Below, in pieces: positions 47,097 to 56,481 of a stretch of DNA of 64,000 bases (within the stretch, counting starts at the first letter, position 1; every line of letters starts with the position of its first letter). The stretch covers positions 355,508-419,507 of the forward strand of contig CAYLVW010000001.1 of NCBI GenBank assembly GCA_964387275.1, written 5' to 3'. This DNA is from an uncultured Candidatus Saccharibacteria bacterium (lineage in GTDB: Bacteria; Patescibacteriota; WWE3; UBA101185; UBA10185). A program made the position numbers and the translations under genes. Under the pieces are notes generated by a model. The model saw only the letters and a program-made list of their open reading frames with translations, made no database searches and had not been told where the DNA came from.

Positions 47097-48683
47097 ATGA
47101 AAAAATTAATAAAAATCTTTGTAATCATTGTAGTATTTATACTAATACCAGTTGTTTTATATCTTCTTACTAAAAACACTGCTATCAAAGATACCGAGCA
47201 TGCAAACACAACTGGGAGCAAAGTACAACCTCAAGAAATAGTTAATTTAAATAACGGAGATACATATTTAATAAACGCTAAGTTCATAGAAAAGGAGCTG
47301 AACGGTAATAAAGTCAGGATGCTAGGATATAATGGATCTATCCCTGGACCTTTAATCAAAGTAAAACAAGGTTCAGAAATTATTCTTGAGTTAAAAAATG
47401 AATTAGATGTACCAACAACACTACACTCTCACGGAGTTAGACTTGAAAACAAATATGATGGTGTTCCAAAAGTTACACAAGAAGAAATTAAACCCGGTGA
47501 AACTTTCAGCTATAAAGTTAAATTTCCAGACCAAGGTCTTTTCTGGTACCACCCACACATAAGAGAGGATTATACCCAAGAAATGGGACTCTATGGGAAT
47601 TTTTTAGTAGAGCCTAACAACAAAGAAGAGTGGAATCCTGTAAACTCCGAAAAAATACTGTTTGTAGACGACATTTCACTTACGCTAAATGGAATAGAAA
47701 CTTTTGATAACGAAACTGCAAATTATGTACTAATGGGTAGATTTGGAAACACTCTACTTGTAAATGGAGATACAAAATATTCTGATAATGTTAATTTTGG
47801 TGATGTTGTAAGGTACTACGCATCTAATTCAGCCAATACCCGGGTATTTAATCTATCAATCCAAGGAGCAAGAATAAAACTTGTTGGCTCAGATAATGGC
47901 AAATACGAGAAAGAAGAATTTGTGGAGTCTATTATCCTAGGACCATCAGAAAGAGTCATATTTGAAGTTTATTTTGATAAACCAGGCAACTACACACTAT
48001 TACATAATACTCCGGAAAAAGAGTATATATTAGGAGTTATCAGCGTCAGTGACAAAGTCACTGACGCAAACTATTCAAAAGAATTCTTTGAAATTAAATA
48101 CAATAAAGAGCTAACAGATTATAGAACTAATCTTTCAAACTACATAAATATTGCACCAGATAAATCAGTTGAGATATCTTTAGAAATGAAAAGTGCATCC
48201 GGAATGATGGGAGGGGAGGGTATGCATATGATGCCTGACGGGTCATTAATGGGAAATAATACTATGAATAGTGTACAAACCTACGGAAAAATTGAATGGG
48301 AGGACACCATGCCCATGATGAATGCTGCCTCTACAACCAAAACCGTAAAGTGGGAACTTATAGATACTATAACTGAAAAAACTAATCATGATATCAATTG
48401 GACTTTTAGCAAAGATGAACTAATTAAGTTAAGAATATTTAATAGTGATAAATCCCAACATCCCATGCAACACCCATTTCACATTCATGGTCAAAGGTTT
48501 ATTGTATTAGCAACAAACGGTGAACCAACAAGTAATTTAGCGTGGAAAGACTCTGCACTAATTCAAACTGGGGACACTGTAGATCTGCTTGTAGAAATGA
48601 CTAACCCAGGAACCTGGATGTTTCATTGTCACATACCCGAACATTTAGAAAGTGGAATGATGGGGAACTTTCAAGTCTTATAG
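47097..48683 (+). CDS. Multicopper oxidase (three-domain laccase/CueO-like) with Met-rich insert
   Basis: Copper ligand motifs HSHG, WYHPH, HPFHIHG and HCHIPEHLESGMM are all present. N-terminal TM/signal. Met-rich segment GMMGGEGMHMMPDGSLMGNNTMNS...MPMMN. Confidence 0.85.
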   Translation: MKKLIKIFVIIVVFILIPVVLYLLTKNTAIKDTEHANTTGSKVQPQEIVNLNNGDTYLINAKFIEKELNGNKVRMLGYNGSIPGPLIKVKQGSEIILELKNELDVPTTLHSHGVRLENKYDGVPKVTQEEIKPGETFSYKVKFPDQGLFWYHPHIREDYTQEMGLYGNFLVEPNNKEEWNPVNSEKILFVDDISLTLNGIETFDNETANYVLMGRFGNTLLVNGDTKYSDNVNFGDVVRYYASNSANTRVFNLSIQGARIKLVGSDNGKYEKEEFVESIILGPSERVIFEVYFDKPGNYTLLHNTPEKEYILGVISVSDKVTDANYSKEFFEIKYNKELTDYRTNLSNYINIAPDKSVEISLEMKSASGMMGGEGMHMMPDGSLMGNNTMNSVQTYGKIEWEDTMPMMNAASTTKTVKWELIDTITEKTNHDINWTFSKDELIKLRIFNSDKSQHPMQHPFHIHGQRFIVLATNGEPTSNLAWKDSALIQTGDTVDLLVEMTNPGTWMFHCHIPEHLESGMMGNFQVL

Positions 48684-48835
48684 ACTTTTACATAAGTATA
48701 CACATATTCACAAGTCAACTCAGACAAGTCAAGTAAGACCTGGTAAAACTGACAACTTGAATCTGATACTTATGATTTAGCTTTATATGTAAAACCTAAC
48801 ACCCAAAAGAGTAGAGTGTTAGGTTCAAGAAAGTT

Positions 48836-49411
48836 TTAAGTTATGATGTCTTCTGGAAACCTCAGATGGAAAACAAATACACCATCGCTTAATACATAAA
48901 TAGTACCGTGCTTAAAAGAAACCCTCTTAGCATAAGGTCTTGTTTCGCTCTGAGCTATACACAACTCAACATAAGTAGGACCAACTAAATACTCCTTAAT
49001 TCCTTTACGAACTGCTAAAATCTCATGAAAATCAAAACCTAGTGTTCGTAATGCAGGTACAAGAGCAACTGCTTTGTATATAGAAATGCCTGTAAGATTC
49101 AGTAGTATATGCGTACGTTTGTAGCAAACCACCTCAAAAACAGAATTTCCTTCAGTAAATCTACAGTACACAGTATCACTTAGTTTATTCCATTCTGGTA
49201 CGGAAGAAGTAGGCTTTCTGCGGTATAAATGAACGCTCAAAGGTCTTCTATATTCCCAATAATTATCGAAAATTTGTTGACCTAGTAAATTGCTAACTCT
49301 ACTTCTCTCACTATCAACTAGACCATAATCTGTGAAATCAAACAGAGTATGGTAATGTCCAGAATCAAAATCTGAAGCCTGCCCAGAATTAAATTGGAGT
49401 CTTGTGGCCAT
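48836..49411 (-). CDS. Hypothetical protein
   Basis: 191-aa ORF with no recognisable motifs. Confidence 0.3.
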   Translation of the reverse strand: MATRLQFNSGQASDFDSGHYHTLFDFTDYGLVDSERSRVSNLLGQQIFDNYWEYRRPLSVHLYRRKPTSSVPEWNKLSDTVYCRFTEGNSVFEVVCYKRTHILLNLTGISIYKAVALVPALRTLGFDFHEILAVRKGIKEYLVGPTYVELCIAQSETRPYAKRVSFKHGTIYVLSDGVFVFHLRFPEDIIT

Positions 49412-49758
49412 CTGCCTCTCCCTCTTGGTAGTTATTCTTTATATGTCAAGGAATGTAAACACTCTCTGGTTATGTATGGCGTGTAAAACTTACCCGTGGC
49501 ATCTACATGTACATTAAGATATAACTTAAACCAACAGAGTTAAAATACTTGATTAATCTATAAATATCAAGTCAAAACTGTGTAACTGATCTACAGTATG
49601 GTATAATATATCGATTTTGAATTGCCCGCTTTTAACAAAAATTAGGCAGAAAATCCTCAACATTGATCATTGCCCAATAATGATTAAGCTACCACTTAGG
49701 TGGTATGAGCAGATGATAGCTCACGCAAGTATGCGTTTAGGTAAAGTTTTTAGAAATT

Positions 49759-51570
49759 ATGGAACTAAGAAATATAGCTATAATTGCACACGTTGACCAT
49801 GGTAAAACCACCCTCGTAGATGGTTTATTAAAGCAATCAAAAACTTTCAGAGACAATGAAACTTTTATGTCTCAGGATTTAATAATGGACTCAAACGACC
49901 AAGAAAGAGAAAGAGGTATTACAATTTTGGCTAAAAATACAGCTGTAATGTATAAGGGAGTAAAAATTAATATAATTGATACCCCAGGTCACGCTGATTT
50001 CGGAGGAGAAGTTGAGAGAACACTTAACATGGCTGACGGTGCTCTACTTTTAGTAGACGCTCAGGAAGGCCCCATGCCTCAAACTAAATTTGTATTGGGC
50101 AAAGCTTTAGAACTTGGACTTAAAGTAATCGTAATAGTTAATAAAATCGACAAAAAAGATGCAAGAACTCAAGACACACTAAAAAAAGTCCAAGACTTAA
50201 TACTGGAACTAGCAACACATGAAGACCACTTAGATGCCCCGGTACTATATGCGATTGGTAGGGAAGAAAAAGCATGGGCAGAACATCCGGAAAACTTTGC
50301 ACAAGAAGCAGATTTATCTCCTATATTTGAAGCAATTCTAAAACATATACCGGCCCCAAAAACAGATAATGAATCTTCATTTCAAATGCTTGTTTCCTCA
50401 CTTGATTGGGATAACTACAAAGGTAAGTATGCAATAGGAAGGATTAAGAGAGGTAAAGCAATTATAGGAGCAAAAGTAGCACTAATTAAAGCAGACGGTT
50501 CTATAGAACAAGCATCCATTGAGAAAATTTTTGTAAGCCAAGGACTAAAAAGAATAGAAGCAGAAGAAGGAGTTTCAGGAGATATTATCGCTCTAACGGG
50601 AATAAAAAATGCGGGTATTGGAGATACAATTTGTGATTTTAACAACCAAGAAGCACTACCTACAATCAGAATCGACGAACCAACTCTGAGTATGTATATA
50701 GGACCTAATACGTCACCATTTATGGGTAAAGAAGGGAAGTTTTTAACAGGAAGGCAGATTCTTGAAAGAATAGAAAAAGAATTACAAACAAATGTAGCAA
50801 TGAGATTCAAAGTAGATGAAGAAGGCAAATACATAGTATCTGGTAGGGGTGAGCTGCATCTTTCAGTTTTTTTGGAAACTCTAAGACGAGAGGGCTACGA
50901 ATTAGAGGTAGGAAAACCAAAAGTTATTACCAAAATAGTAGATGGTAAAGAACTAGATCCAGTAGAAGAACTAACAATAGATGTGGAAAATGAGTACGTT
51001 GGAGCAATAAAAGGTGAAATTGGGAAGAGAAGGGGAGTACTGCTCTCTCAAGAAGAAATCACAAGTATTAGTACACGAATGGTTTTTGATATACCTACAA
51101 AATCAATCTTAGGTCTTAGAAGCACATTACTCACCCTGTCAAAGGGTACTGCAGTGATGAGTACTATCTTTTCAAGATATGAAAAAATCGGTGGCGAATT
51201 TCAAAAGCTTAGAAGAGGGGTTTTGGTAGCTTCTGATACAGGCAAATCTACTGCATACGGCCTAACAACAGCACAAGACAAAGGACCCGTATTTATAGGA
51301 CCCCAAATACCGGTATATGAAGGGATGATAGTAGGAATAAATGGCCGCGATGACGATTTGGAAATCAATGTCTGTAGGGAAAAACAACTGACAAACAATA
51401 GATCTGTAGGAGAAGATGGAATAATACTCACTCCCCCAATAATTATGAGTTTGGAACAAAGCATCGGTTTTCTTGAAGACGACGAGTTATTAGAAATAAC
51501 CCCCTCTACACTAAGACTAAGAAAAAAAATTCTCGAAAAAACTGCAAGATACAGAGCATCTAGAAAATAA
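49759..51570 (+). CDS. typA: Translational GTPase TypA/BipA
   Basis: G1 AHVDHGKTT, G3 DTPGHADF, G4 NKID. 603 aa with EF-G-like domain order. Confidence 0.95.
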   Translation: MELRNIAIIAHVDHGKTTLVDGLLKQSKTFRDNETFMSQDLIMDSNDQERERGITILAKNTAVMYKGVKINIIDTPGHADFGGEVERTLNMADGALLLVDAQEGPMPQTKFVLGKALELGLKVIVIVNKIDKKDARTQDTLKKVQDLILELATHEDHLDAPVLYAIGREEKAWAEHPENFAQEADLSPIFEAILKHIPAPKTDNESSFQMLVSSLDWDNYKGKYAIGRIKRGKAIIGAKVALIKADGSIEQASIEKIFVSQGLKRIEAEEGVSGDIIALTGIKNAGIGDTICDFNNQEALPTIRIDEPTLSMYIGPNTSPFMGKEGKFLTGRQILERIEKELQTNVAMRFKVDEEGKYIVSGRGELHLSVFLETLRREGYELEVGKPKVITKIVDGKELDPVEELTIDVENEYVGAIKGEIGKRRGVLLSQEEITSISTRMVFDIPTKSILGLRSTLLTLSKGTAVMSTIFSRYEKIGGEFQKLRRGVLVASDTGKSTAYGLTTAQDKGPVFIGPQIPVYEGMIVGINGRDDDLEINVCREKQLTNNRSVGEDGIILTPPIIMSLEQSIGFLEDDELLEITPSTLRLRKKILEKTARYRASRK

Positions 51571-51639
51571 ACCAAACTTACTAAAGCAAATCCAAAGCAT
51601 TAAAACGATAAATTACAACTATTCTGGTATATTAATAGC

Positions 51640-52698
51640 ATGAAGAAGTATTTCAATAGAAACGTGCTAATTATTTCAGCGCTGGCAATACTGACAATTC
51701 TAGTTGGGATAGCTGCTTACAACTTTAAACCTTTTGGAAATATCCTAAAATCTGTAACTAGAGGGTTTGTTAATAACAATCCGGTCGCATCTTCAGTTTA
51801 TATCCAAAACTCAGAAGGTAGTGTTTTTTTAATCTCAACGCAATTAGAAGACGGGGAACTTCCAGATTCAAACTATTCAGAAACACCAAAAGAAGTGATA
51901 CAAGCGGATGTAGTTTCCGTATCTCCAGATAAAAAGAAAATCGTTTATGCAGACAACTCAGAGGAAACTAAATATAGTGTTAAAGATTTGGAAAGTGATA
52001 CAACATTCGTCGTAGACAATAAATCCCCGTATATCAAAGATTTTGAATGGTCTCCTGATGGAAAGTACTTAATTGCAATATCTGGTAGTTCAAGTAGTGA
52101 TGTGGCAACAGTATTCAACACTTCTGAGTACACCAAATTAGTATCATTCGGAACAATTGGATCCAAATATTATTGGCCGGACAATGATCAGTTTATTACT
52201 AGTTTCCCATTACAAACCCAATATGAAAGACCATGGCTAAACGGCAATGCAACAGGAATCAAACTTGTAACCTTACCCGAAGGAAAATCAGAACTTCTAG
52301 TAAGTCCATCTGATACAGAAGATTTTTTACTTACTTACTACGAAAGCGGCAAAGGCATAGTAACCTCTGTATACGTAGAATCCACAGATATGTGGTCCAA
52401 AACAAATACTGCTATGAAAAATAATCAATACATTCTTGACCTACCTTCAAGAAAATTAACACCTTATACTGCTGGAGATTTTATTGTTCCTTCTGAAGTT
52501 GAAATTTCAAATGCACTTGGAGGCCAAATATCACCAGGCAGTATAAGCGTACAAAAAAACCAAAACTACCAAAAACTGGTTTTAGCTATAGTTAGAAAAG
52601 ATAGTTCAATATACAACTCAGATATTTATATCTTTAGCAAAAACGATTTAACTAAATTCACAAAACTAGGTACGGGTCTTTTTTTGGATTGGAGATAA
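51640..52698 (+). CDS. Membrane-anchored PD40/TolB-like beta-propeller repeat protein
   Basis: N-terminal TM helix. WSPDGKYLIA-type repeats. Confidence 0.4.
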   Translation: MKKYFNRNVLIISALAILTILVGIAAYNFKPFGNILKSVTRGFVNNNPVASSVYIQNSEGSVFLISTQLEDGELPDSNYSETPKEVIQADVVSVSPDKKKIVYADNSEETKYSVKDLESDTTFVVDNKSPYIKDFEWSPDGKYLIAISGSSSSDVATVFNTSEYTKLVSFGTIGSKYYWPDNDQFITSFPLQTQYERPWLNGNATGIKLVTLPEGKSELLVSPSDTEDFLLTYYESGKGIVTSVYVESTDMWSKTNTAMKNNQYILDLPSRKLTPYTAGDFIVPSEVEISNALGGQISPGSISVQKNQNYQKLVLAIVRKDSSIYNSDIYIFSKNDLTKFTKLGTGLFLDWR

Positions 52699-52746
52699 GT
52701 TAACCCATAGTGTGCATAAATTGGAAAAATGGGGTAAAATAAGCAA

Positions 52747-53499
52747 ATGAAAGATACCTCTTGGGAAAAAGTAAGTTCCAAATATAATAAAAATCTGGCG
52801 GATAAAGGCGATTACTATCATCTAAATCTAGTTATCCCAAAGTCACTGGAACTTCTAAAATTAAATGAAAACTCAAAGGTTCTAGATCTTGCTTGTGGGC
52901 AGGGGGTCCTTGCAAGGCACCTACCTAAAAACACCAGCTATCTAGGCATTGATTTATCAGAGTCTTTGATAGAATTTGCAAAAAAATATGAGATTCAATC
53001 CAACCACAGCTTTATAGTTGGAGATATAACTAAACCTCTAAATATAGGGTCTCAAACGTTCACACACAGTACTATAATTCTCGCACTACAAAATACCGGA
53101 AAAGTAGCTAATGTACTTTTTAATGCTGCAAAATATATAAAAAAAGGCGGGAAGTTACTAATTGTTATAAACCACCCCCACTATAGAATCCCTAGACATT
53201 CTTCATGGGAAATAGACGAGAAAAATAACATACAGTATAGAAAAATTAATAAATATCTATCTAAAATAGAAATCCCCGTTAACCACGACCCGTCAAAAGG
53301 GGCTAAAGGAAACTTTTCGATAAGCTATCACTTCTCACTAGAGTCTCTATCAAAAGATTTATTTGAGGCAGGATTTTATATAGAAAAAATTGAAGAATGG
53401 TCGAGTGATAAAAAAAGTGTAGGCAAAAACTCCAAGAGAGAAAACGTCTCTAGAAGTGAGATTCCTTTATTTATGTGCCTACTTTGCACAAAAAACTAA
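52747..53499 (+). CDS. Class I SAM-dependent methyltransferase
   Basis: Motif I VLDLACGQGVLARHL and GGKLLIVINHP. Confidence 0.6.
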   Translation: MKDTSWEKVSSKYNKNLADKGDYYHLNLVIPKSLELLKLNENSKVLDLACGQGVLARHLPKNTSYLGIDLSESLIEFAKKYEIQSNHSFIVGDITKPLNIGSQTFTHSTIILALQNTGKVANVLFNAAKYIKKGGKLLIVINHPHYRIPRHSSWEIDEKNNIQYRKINKYLSKIEIPVNHDPSKGAKGNFSISYHFSLESLSKDLFEAGFYIEKIEEWSSDKKSVGKNSKRENVSRSEIPLFMCLLCTKN

Positions 53500-53596
53500 C
53501 TTTTACCACTAAAAAAGTAAATCAACTCATTTCTTAGTTAAAACCTGACTCCACCAAGTAGACATTCAACCTAATGTTATAATATCAGTGGTTTTT

Positions 53597-53683
53597 TGCC
53601 AGAGTGGTGAAATTGGTAGACACGCAGTCTTCAGACGGCTGTATCCGCAAGGATGTATGGGTTCAAATCCCTTCTCTGGCACC
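53597..53683 (+). tRNA. tRNA-Leu (anticodon CAG), long variable arm, CCA encoded
   Basis: GCCAGAG / TGGTGAAATTGGTAGACACG / CAGTC-TTCAGAC-GGCTG / variable arm TATCCGCAAGGATGT / ATGGGTTCAAATCCCTT / CTCTGGC-A-CCA. Confidence 0.85.
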
Positions 53684-53825
53684 AAGTCACTTAACGAATG
53701 AAATGAGATTAGTGAATTGGGGTGCAAAGCCACCAAGTCACTTAACGAATGAAATGAGATTAGTGAATTGGGGTGCAAAGCCACCAAGTCACTTAACGAA
53801 TGAAATGAGAATAGTAAATTAGATT
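53679..53825 (+). repeat. Tandem direct repeat, 3 copies of a ~51-nt unit (third truncated and diverged), first copy beginning inside the tRNA-Leu(CAG) CACCA 3' end
   Basis: Unit CACCAAGTCACTTAACGAATGAAATGAGATTAGTGAATTGGGGTGCAAAGC. The unit contains an imperfect internal hairpin. Translated as identical 17-aa repeats by the ORF track on both strands. Confidence 0.8.
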
Positions 53826-53937
53826 GTAAAACCATTAAATATTCACATCAATTTTTAGAGAAACAAGAAATAACCTATAATAATATAAGGGATTTTGCAC
53901 CAATCTGTGTTAAAATCATCAAGTTCAGGAGAGAAAA

Positions 53938-54318
53938 ATGGCCATACCTTTGGATATCCTAAAAGCTCTTACCAGAGTAGTCAGTGAATCTAAAGAACTT
54001 GAACTAGATAAGGTATTTCTAATTAGACTATCAAGACGCTTCGCAGGTAACGGGGAAATTAGCTTGGATGCTCTATATGAGATTGTCAAAAAATATCTTG
54101 AAAAGATGGCGTACCAGAAACTTCCTATAAGGCAGCAAATAATCCTAACCCTTGCTGCAATAAATACCGTAAGCTATGTATTTAATGGGGAGGGGGTAAA
54201 AGGTCCTGATAAGATTGACCTAGATTACCGTGCAATCTATGTAGTATTGGAAATTCCTGAGTATACAGCCTACGATTTCTTTAGAACACTGGGCAATAGT
54301 ATGAATAGATTTAACTAA
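53938..54318 (+). CDS. Hypothetical protein, paralog A of a 4-member tandem family (~120-126 aa)
   Basis: Strong RBS AGGAGAGAAAAATG. Shares the core Q(Q)xILxLxAI(N/G)T(V/L)...DL(D/E)(F/Y)...(I/V)xxFY with the three ORFs at 54702-55839. Confidence 0.45.
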   Translation: MAIPLDILKALTRVVSESKELELDKVFLIRLSRRFAGNGEISLDALYEIVKKYLEKMAYQKLPIRQQIILTLAAINTVSYVFNGEGVKGPDKIDLDYRAIYVVLEIPEYTAYDFFRTLGNSMNRFN

Positions 54319-54463
54319 TACCTAGATATTCAAAGTAACCTAGATGTAAGGTAAGTGTAGTCACTATCAAATACAACTCGTTTGGGACCCAAAGTAGAAA
54401 AACTGCCTTGGGTCCTTTTTTGATTTCAGAAATAGTTAGTTTTATAGTATAATTCCATGGTTT

Positions 54464-54550
54464 GGGCGAGTGGCGGAATTGGTATACGCGCAACGTTGAG
54501 GTCGTTGTCGAGTAAAATCGGTGCAGGTTCAAGTCCTGTCTCGCCCACCA
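54464..54550 (+). tRNA. tRNA-Leu (anticodon GAG), long variable arm, CCA encoded
   Basis: GGGCGAG / TGGCGGAATTGGTATACGCG / CAACG-TTGAGGT-CGTTG / variable arm TCGAGTAAAATCGGTGC / AGGTTCAAGTCCTGT / CTCGCCC-A-CCA. A TATAAT -10 lies at about 54448. Confidence 0.85.
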
Positions 54551-54630
54551 AGTCACTTAGCGAATGAAATGAGATTAGTGAATTGGGGTGCAGAGCCACC
54601 AAGTCACTTAGCGAATGAAATGAGCTAGTG
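54546..54630 (+). repeat. Tandem direct repeat (1.7 copies) of the same 51-nt unit as at 53679, again starting at the CACCA 3' end of a tRNA-Leu
   Basis: Unit CACCAAGTCACTTAGCGAATGAAATGAGATTAGTGAATTGGGGTGCAGAGC differs from the first-locus unit at 2 of 51 positions. Confidence 0.75.
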
Positions 54631-54701
54631 TAACTATGTATAAATAGCCGGGTCGTAGACTCGGTTTTTTTGTTGGCCAAACAAGCGAAAATACCTCAAA
54701 T

Positions 54702-55082
54702 TTGTTACAATGTGCCAAGACGTGGAGGGACAAGATGACGTTGGAAGAGGCAATTTTACTTATAGGAACAGCTTCTACAGTAATTGAACTACCAAGAAGA
54801 ACTGCTTTTTCTATAGCACATTACTTTTCGGATGGCACCTTAACACACTTTAAAATAGACCTTGAACTACTGGAGCGTAGAATTGCAGAAATGCATTTTA
54901 AAGCACTGCCTAAAGATGACCAAATGATTCTTACTGTTTGTGCAATTAACACTCTAGTAACGCATGATTCTACGTATATGCTAGATTTTGATGTAGCTGC
55001 TGAGGTTCTGGGTGTTAAATATGAAAGTATCCCTATGTTCTATGAACATTTAAGACTTTATGTAGAAGCGAACCCTAATTAA
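54702..55082 (+). CDS. Hypothetical protein, paralog B of the tandem family
   Basis: LPKDDQMILTVCAINTLVTHDSTYMLDFDVAAEVLGVKYESIPMFYEHL aligns with paralogs A, C and D. Confidence 0.45.
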   Translation: MLQCAKTWRDKMTLEEAILLIGTASTVIELPRRTAFSIAHYFSDGTLTHFKIDLELLERRIAEMHFKALPKDDQMILTVCAINTLVTHDSTYMLDFDVAAEVLGVKYESIPMFYEHLRLYVEANPN

Positions 55083-55444
55083 TGAACGGCTGGCATGTGA
55101 AATTCACCTCATCATTAATTCTATTTCTTTCTACTGAAAAAGACTTGGCTGACTTCCATGCTAGAGATATTGTTTATTTCTTCTCAAGAAGAGCACTACA
55201 GACAATAAACCTAAAAGATATCATCGAGTTTATTGAGCAGTTTGGGTACCAGGATCTGTCTCCACAGCAACAACTTATCCTGATTTTGTGTGCCATTGGA
55301 ACTGTTGACGCAAATGCAACTAAGCAGGATTTGGAGTTTAATATTGCAGCTCAAATAATGAATGTAAGAGTGAGTGTTATTTCCTTGTTCTATAAGAGAG
55401 TTGTGCAAAAAATAAGCGCTAGCTTCACAGGTTCTATAAATTAG
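55082..55444 (+). CDS. Hypothetical protein, paralog C of the tandem family
   Basis: LSPQQQLILILCAIGTVDANATKQDLEFNIAAQIMNVRVSVISLFYKRV. Start overlaps the upstream stop (TAATG). Confidence 0.45.
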   Translation: MNGWHVKFTSSLILFLSTEKDLADFHARDIVYFFSRRALQTINLKDIIEFIEQFGYQDLSPQQQLILILCAIGTVDANATKQDLEFNIAAQIMNVRVSVISLFYKRVVQKISASFTGSIN

Positions 55445-55476
55445 TTACAAACAAAAAACCAAAAGGGAGAAGAGTC

Positions 55477-55839
55477 ATGACACCAAGCTTAAGTGATAAG
55501 GCACTTGCTAAGGCTAAGGCTATCGTTTCTGAATCATTGAATCTAAGGTCCACTGATCTCAATTTTATGAGTATGCTGGGAGTTTCGATTTTCTTATTTA
55601 TTAAAGGCGTTAGAGACGTAGAAACTATGGAGACTCACATTCGAGATTCATTGTCAGACATCGAAATTAGCGAAGAAGATAAACTTGCTTTGATCTTGGC
55701 CGTATTTGTTTGCATTGAAGACGAGATATTCTACCTAGATTTTACTGTAGCCTCTAAGCACTGTAACTGTGATCTTGAGGCAGTTAAAGAACTTTATAGT
55801 AGACTAAAAAGACCAGGTATTACTTACATGAGTAACTAA
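55477..55839 (+). CDS. Hypothetical protein, paralog D (most divergent) of the tandem family
   Basis: ISEEDKLALILAVFVCIEDEIFYLDFTVASKH...LYSRL. RBS AAAGGGAGAAGAGTCATG. Confidence 0.4.
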   Translation: MTPSLSDKALAKAKAIVSESLNLRSTDLNFMSMLGVSIFLFIKGVRDVETMETHIRDSLSDIEISEEDKLALILAVFVCIEDEIFYLDFTVASKHCNCDLEAVKELYSRLKRPGITYMSN

Positions 55840-55845
55840 TAGAAA

Positions 55846-56175
55846 ATGCTGTCTTTTCTCACAGACACTACTTTTGTTGGAAACTCCTTGTCTTTTGTGG
55901 TTATTGCATTAGGCATAATCATGGGGATCATTAGTTTGCTTGATATTATTAAATGCCTTGGCATTATTAATGATAAAAACAACATGTACAGATTTCTTAG
56001 TCGTGAAAAAGCAAAACTTGCACTGGTCAGAAATCTATATTGGTTTGGTATTAGTGTTGCTCTGATAACACTTGGCTATCTTGGTGTTATTGCTCTTATT
56101 TGCTTGTGGCTGGTTAGCTATGCAAAGACTAGATTGGCTATTTCACAAAATGCGAATAAGGGTAGTAAAAGTTAG
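55846..56175 (+). CDS. Small membrane protein (3 TM)
   Basis: Hydrophobic ORF, followed by a terminator. Confidence 0.35.
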   Translation: MLSFLTDTTFVGNSLSFVVIALGIIMGIISLLDIIKCLGIINDKNNMYRFLSREKAKLALVRNLYWFGISVALITLGYLGVIALICLWLVSYAKTRLAISQNANKGSKS

Positions 56176-56203
56176 TGGCGTTGTTCTAGGCTGTGGCCGG
56201 GAT

Positions 56204-56235
56204 TTTTGTACCCAAAAATCCCGGCCCTTTTTGTT
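56204..56235 (+). terminator. Rho-independent terminator
   Basis: GGCCGGGATTTTT...AAAAATCCCGGCC hairpin followed by CTTTTTGTT. Confidence 0.6.
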
Positions 56236-56406
56236 ATCAAAAACAGCAATTGAAAAAAACTACTACACACGATATAATGCCTTGGTTGGAAAAGCTTATG
56301 GGGAAGCTCTAAAACTTGCTTTATTAGCAAATGTATAAGTACCTTCTCCAGATTTTTTCGTTTGCGAGTTGTGACCTTACCAAGCACTCGCAATCCTTAC
56401 ACTCTT

Positions 56407-56481
56407 GCGAGAGTAGATCAGTGGTAGATCGTCTCCTTGCCAAGGAGAAGGCCGCGGGTTCGAACCCCGTCTCTCGCTCCA
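56407..56481 (+). tRNA. tRNA-Gly (anticodon GCC), CCA encoded
   Basis: GCGAGAG / TAGATCAGTGGTAGATCG / TCTCC-TTGCCAA-GGAGA / AGGCC / GCGGGTTCGAACCCCGT / CTCTCGC-T-CCA. Confidence 0.85.

Noticed and set aside
53566-53835. ORFs 53566..53835(-) and 53604..53822(+), whose translations contain perfect 17-aa repeats (SFHSLSDLVALHPNSLI / PSHLTNEMRLVNWGAKP)
   Set aside because: They are read straight through tRNA-Leu(CAG) and its 51-nt tandem repeats. The amino-acid repeats simply mirror the DNA repeat, so these are not genes.
53679-54630. Possibility that the tandem 51-nt repeats are a CRISPR array
   Set aside because: The copies are directly adjacent with no unique spacers. There are only 2-3 per locus, they are fused to tRNA 3' ends, and no cas genes are nearby.
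54426-54680. ORF 54426..54680(-) (84 aa)
   Set aside because: Antisense to tRNA-Leu(GAG) and its repeat copies. An artifact of the open frame through the repeat.
56072-56338. ORF 56072..56338(+) (88 aa)
   Set aside because: Out-of-frame overlap of the 55846-56175 membrane gene. It also runs through the rho-independent terminator hairpin at 56204-56235.
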